DNA of 64,000 nt from contig OZ076410.1 of NCBI GenBank assembly GCA_964187785.1, positions 8,866,001 through 8,930,000 on the forward strand. The letters run 5' to 3'. The notes under the pieces were generated by a model. That model worked only from the letters and a program-made list of their open reading frames with translations, searched no databases and was not told the DNA's origin. Source of the stretch: Amphiscolops sp. MND2022. Lineage: Eukaryota. Both the position numbers and the translations under genes were made by a program. Shown here piece after piece: positions 60,014 through 64,000 of this stretch (its first letter is position 1; every line of letters begins with the position of its first letter).

Positions 60014-62452
60014 TCATTTATTGTCCTTTTTCGAGTTTTCCAGCTGCATTAATCTTTCCTTCACAATCGGAGGTAAAGAAACTTCCTGTCTTTCGATCTT
60101 TTTTGACGGCTTCATTAACTCCAGGATTTTCTCGACCATTTCTTTGGTTTCTTTCTTCGAAGATGATGATCGTTCCACTCCATTTTCATCAACAAACCGA
60201 ACTTCCTTCTTCATAAGATCTATCATTTGTTGGTTGTTTCCATTTTTCATTTGTTGTAATGCCTCTGATACAATTGGCGGTAATTCCACGTTCATTTTAC
60301 CACCACTTTCTTGTCCTGATTTCATGAGATCCAACAAATTTTTCACTATTTCTTCTGTATTGACGCTAGTTATGTCTTTTTGCTTCTTATTAGAACCATC
60401 GGTAGAAGTAGCTTCATTTTCCACTGAATTACTGTACGCAATGGATTTTTCGTTTGAAGTAGCATTTTCCCGTGGATTTATTTCATCGTTTTGATTATAG
60501 GAGTTTTCAGAGACATATGTTACGGATTTCAAACCCACAGCTTCCTGGTTTTCTAGCTTCGTTTCGTTCTTCGGATCTTCACTAGTTGTTTGTACCAACG
60601 ACTCATGTAGTTGATCAGACAAGTTTACTTGCTCAACAGGAGGGTTTGATGACTCAGCTGATAGTTCATCATCTAGCTCCGAATGATTCTGAGAAAGCAT
60701 TTGGCCAACTTTCTCTCGGCTAGAAGTTTCATCTCTCTCGAGACCTGTCACCCGAATTGCCGCTGGTTCCAGCTCCTGTATTTTTGACTTCGGTTCCAAC
60801 TCGTTTTCAGCAGTGCATTCAGCTGATTTTGATTCCAACTCTAGTGTTTTCGCGTCGTCTTGACCAATACCGTTGTTTTCTGTTTCATCTGTTTCCTTGG
60901 AGATTTCTTTGGAATTTGCCTCGCCATCAAAAACTACATTACCAGTTTCTTTGCCTTCATCCATTTCAGCAGAACTCGTGGAATTTGTTCCATCAAAACT
61001 GCCTATTGGGTTAGAGTCAGTTTGGGCTCTTTTGTCAGCTTCCATGCTAGCAATCAGGGAATCGAGTTCTTCTCGATCGCTATCGCTGTGATAGTCGGAG
61101 CACTCTTCGATTATCATCGTTACTGGAGGCACTACTTCAATTACGTCATCCGGGTCTGAAGCAGTTATGAAATCATTTACATTCGAAGCAATCGTTGCGT
61201 CATTTGGGTCCGAAGCGACAATGATGTCATTTGGGTCCGAAGCAATGGTTACACCATTGGGATCCGAAGTAACAGTTACGTCGTTTGAGTCCGAAGCGAC
61301 AATGATGTTATTTGGGTCCGAAGCGATGTTCACAACATTGGGGTCCGAAGTAACAGTTACGTCGTTTGGGTCCGAAGCGACAATGGTGTCATTTGGGTCC
61401 GGGGCGACAATGATGTCATTAGGGTCCGAAGTAACAGTTATGTCGTTTGGGTCCGAAACGAGAATGATGTCATTTGGATCAGAGGCAATGGTTACGTCAT
61501 TAGAGTCCGAACTGATCATTGGGTCAGTAGGGTCTGACCTTGCGTTATGATTGGCAGGATCAGGTATGCTCATTTGATCTCTGCACAAAGAAGTTTCTGC
61601 TCTTCCTTCGTCGTCTGGCAGCAGTTTAGGATTTTCAGCAGTTTGTGCACTTGCGAATTCTTCAGTTTTTCGTAAAATATTGAAAGCTATCATGAATATA
61701 GCGGGACTGACTATGTCGTATCCTCTTCTGACCAAATACAACCAAAGCTTGGTCTTGCGAGAAACGCTCCAACTCGCCAGCAGAGCGGAAAACGCTGGAG
61801 ACCAAAAGAGAATCCAGCACCCAGTGGAAATAGCTGAAGCCGCCATGAGGATGCGAAAGTGTTGCATGTTGCCCCAGAACCTCATGAATGGGACGTTGAT
61901 AACATAAAATGTCGCGGTAAAAACCGCGGGTATGAGATAAAAAAGGACCCACACGACTTTATCCAAAACTCTGACTTTTGTAACTAGCGAATTTATGCAT
62001 ATACCTTCTCGCGGGTTAGAATAACCCTGTTTAGTACTTACAGCCATGACAATCGTCATTCCTGTGATAAGTAGGAGCGTCAACCCGACAAAAATTTTGT
62101 TGAATTTCGATGACAGCTGAACTTCATTGCCTCTCAGTCTCCTTATATGGTAAATCTTGATTGCGTGGAAAATTGCAACAGCTAATAAGAGGTAGCCTGT
62201 TACGTAAGTTGGAATTTCATTGGTTGTCAACTCTAAGAGGCAACTGTACCATTTTGGGCGGAAAGGTCCCGAATCGGAGATGATGACCAAGTGACAGTAA
62301 TTAATGGTCCCAAAAACACCGCCTAGCAACAGTTGAATTGCAGATAAAGTGGAAATCAGAATAACTGCCGGTGAAAAATCAAAGGCAGGTTCGGCGAAAG
62401 TTCTGAAGAGGAAAGTTCCGTTGAGGATGGCAGAGAAAACTGACAAGGCCAC
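60014..62452 (-). CDS. Terminal exon of a divergent class-A-like 7TM receptor with a long (over 500 aa) acidic tail
   Basis: Acceptor TTTTTCAG at 62453. Seven hydrophobic segments, with ILNG (TM1), WYSC before TM3 and GIC in ECL2 (disulfide pair), FYLIP..FY (TM5), FWSP (TM6) and SPAIF (TM7). The N-terminus must come from an upstream exon that was not identified. Confidence 0.75.
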   Translation of the reverse strand: MALSVFSAILNGTFLFRTFAEPAFDFSPAVILISTLSAIQLLLGGVFGTINYCHLVIISDSGPFRPKWYSCLLELTTNEIPTYVTGYLLLAVAIFHAIKIYHIRRLRGNEVQLSSKFNKIFVGLTLLLITGMTIVMAVSTKQGYSNPREGICINSLVTKVRVLDKVVWVLFYLIPAVFTATFYVINVPFMRFWGNMQHFRILMAASAISTGCWILFWSPAFSALLASWSVSRKTKLWLYLVRRGYDIVSPAIFMIAFNILRKTEEFASAQTAENPKLLPDDEGRAETSLCRDQMSIPDPANHNARSDPTDPMISSDSNDVTIASDPNDIILVSDPNDITVTSDPNDIIVAPDPNDTIVASDPNDVTVTSDPNVVNIASDPNNIIVASDSNDVTVTSDPNGVTIASDPNDIIVASDPNDATIASNVNDFITASDPDDVIEVVPPVTMIIEECSDYHSDSDREELDSLIASMEADKRAQTDSNPIGSFDGTNSTSSAEMDEGKETGNVVFDGEANSKEISKETDETENNGIGQDDAKTLELESKSAECTAENELEPKSKIQELEPAAIRVTGLERDETSSREKVGQMLSQNHSELDDELSAESSNPPVEQVNLSDQLHESLVQTTSEDPKNETKLENQEAVGLKSVTYVSENSYNQNDEINPRENATSNEKSIAYSNSVENEATSTDGSNKKQKDITSVNTEEIVKNLLDLMKSGQESGGKMNVELPPIVSEALQQMKNGNNQQMIDLMKKEVRFVDENGVERSSSSKKETKEMVEKILELMKPSKKIERQEVSLPPIVKERLMQLENSKKDNK
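61136..61513 (-). repeat. Coding 27-bp minisatellite (9-aa unit [AT]SDPND[IV][TI][VI]), about 14 copies
   Basis: SSDSNDVTI ASDPNDIIL VSDPNDITV TSDPNDIIV ... ASDPDDVIE, in frame within the receptor tail. Confidence 0.92.
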
Positions 62453-63012
62453 CTGAAAAATGATGAAATCATGATGGCAACAAAAAAGACACGGGCTGAA
62501 ACCTTGTGTGCTTTTGCTGAAACATTGAAAAAAATCTACAAGCGGTGATAGAAGTGCACGGATTATTGCAAATGGTTAAACAAGTTGCTTTTGGAACACT
62601 AAGTCGAGTTTTTTGCCAATAAGGAATTTTTCATGAAATTCTCCACAAAAAATAAATAAACCTCATTTGGTGGTGAAACTATCAAGTTGATATCATAAAA
62701 CCTCAAAAAGCTAAGTTTTTCTTTATTTATGCTGTCTAATTGCTCTTAGAAAATGGGATCGTCTCTGTTAATTCCCCCTCCATGCATTTACCGTGTTTCT
62801 CCTTTTCTAAGGCATGCTCCGATTATCAGACACCTCTAAGGTCTTATTGCTCGCTCCAGAAGACAGCCCCCCCCCCAAAAAAAAATAGAGCCAAAAACAC
62901 TCTTCCGTGGGAAAGAATGACCAGAGTAATTATGACAGGGCTCAAGACAGAAGATCAAAAACTTCAAGATCAAAGATTAAAAAAAAAGACTTTTAAATGA
63001 ACTGACAGTTGA

Positions 63013-64000
63013 ATGTCAATTGAACAACTTTACTTTGAATTATGTGATGTGCTGCCACAAACAGCGTATTCTTCGGGGTCCACCAATTGTGACAAAACTT
63101 TGTTTATAGAACCCACTGGAGAGTTTGAAGTTGCAAGTATCATCAAAGCAATGAAAAACAAGAATAGTTGTGGAATGGATGGGACCAGTAGTGAAATTTT
63201 GAAATGCTGCTCACCCATTAGTGAACGTCATCTTGCACTTGCCTTCAATAAATGCATAGATGAAGGTGTATTCCCAGACATTTTCAAAATTGCCAAAGTT
63301 GTACCATTGTTTAAGAAGGGGGATAAAAAAGATCCCGCAAATTATCGTCCAATTAGCCTCCTAAGCTCTTTGAGTAAAGTGTTTGAGAAAATCTTACATA
63401 ATCGATTGATACGATTTACTGAGAAAAACGACTTGATTTGTCCCATGCAATATGGATTTAGAAACAACATGTCTTGTGTTGATGCTATCGCTGCAATACT
63501 TCAGAATTCGTTCGTACTGAAATAAATAAGAAAGCACAAGGCCAAGCTTGCTTTATTGATTTGCAGAAAGCTTTTGATACGTTGGATCATCATATTTTAT
63601 TGAAGAAGTTGGAAGATTATGGCTTTAGGGGGAAACTTTTCGAAATTTTGAGAGATTATCTTTCAGACCGTTGGCAGTACATCAGTCATAATGACGTTTG
63701 CACGGAAAAGCTTAAAATTGTGTCAGGCGTTCCCCAGGGTTCCGTCTGGGGTCCATTTCTGTTTCTTTTGTATCTTAATGACATTCATTTGTGTATCGGA
63801 AATTGTACCATGGCCATGTTTGCAGATGATACAACAATTTTAAGTTCAAAGCGCAAAGGTTTGTGTTCAATTCAATCAGATATGGACAATTTATCGCAGT
63901 GGTTCTGTCAAAATAGACTCAGTATAAATAGAGATAAATGCCAAGCAGTTGCATTCGGACGCGGTCATCCCAGTGAAATTTTGATATTAGACAAAAAAAT
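63013..64000 (+). mobile_element. Non-LTR retrotransposon (CR1/L2-group) RT fragment, frameshifted, running off the window
   Basis: GMDG, KIAKVVPLFKKGD..DPANYRPISLL, QYGFR; after a frameshift near 63500, FIDLQKAFD, GVPQGS and MFADDT. No endonuclease domain seen upstream. Confidence 0.92.

Noticed and set aside
60021-61550. Plus-strand ORFs 60021-60494, 60757-61159 and 61167-61550
   Set aside because: Antisense shadows of the receptor exon and its 27-bp repeat.

Overview
AT-rich, repeat-dense eukaryotic (animal-like) genomic DNA. Three host genes are supported. (1) A 3-exon type-B carboxylesterase on + (10876-11521, 23278-23689, 24242-24746; 520 aa, intact S-E-H triad) whose 11.8-kb first intron interrupts the nucleophile elbow. 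(2) A dynein light chain LC8 gene with an intronless CDS on - (27123-27392). (3) The large terminal exon of a divergent class-A-like 7TM receptor on - (60014-62452), with a very long acidic, repeat-containing tail. Most of the rest is transposon-derived: two full-length BEL/Pao LTR retrotransposons (13748-20924, TSD CCATA; 49833-59184, TSD GACAT), a BEL/Pao relic, a decayed hAT transposon, hAT-, Merlin- and Mutator-like MITEs with visible TSDs, a foldback-like palindromic element, solo-LTR-like fragments with an ORF, tRNA-derived SINE-like pieces and a CR1/L2-type LINE at the right edge. The most interesting signals are these. Both BEL/Pao elements, which belong to different families, carry an extra SGNH-hydrolase-like ORF between the PBS and gag. 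The younger element has a tRNA-like Pol III module inside both LTRs. It also integrated with a non-canonical TG...TA end that retains the 9-nt CA-to-PBS spacer. All calls were made by eye without database searches.
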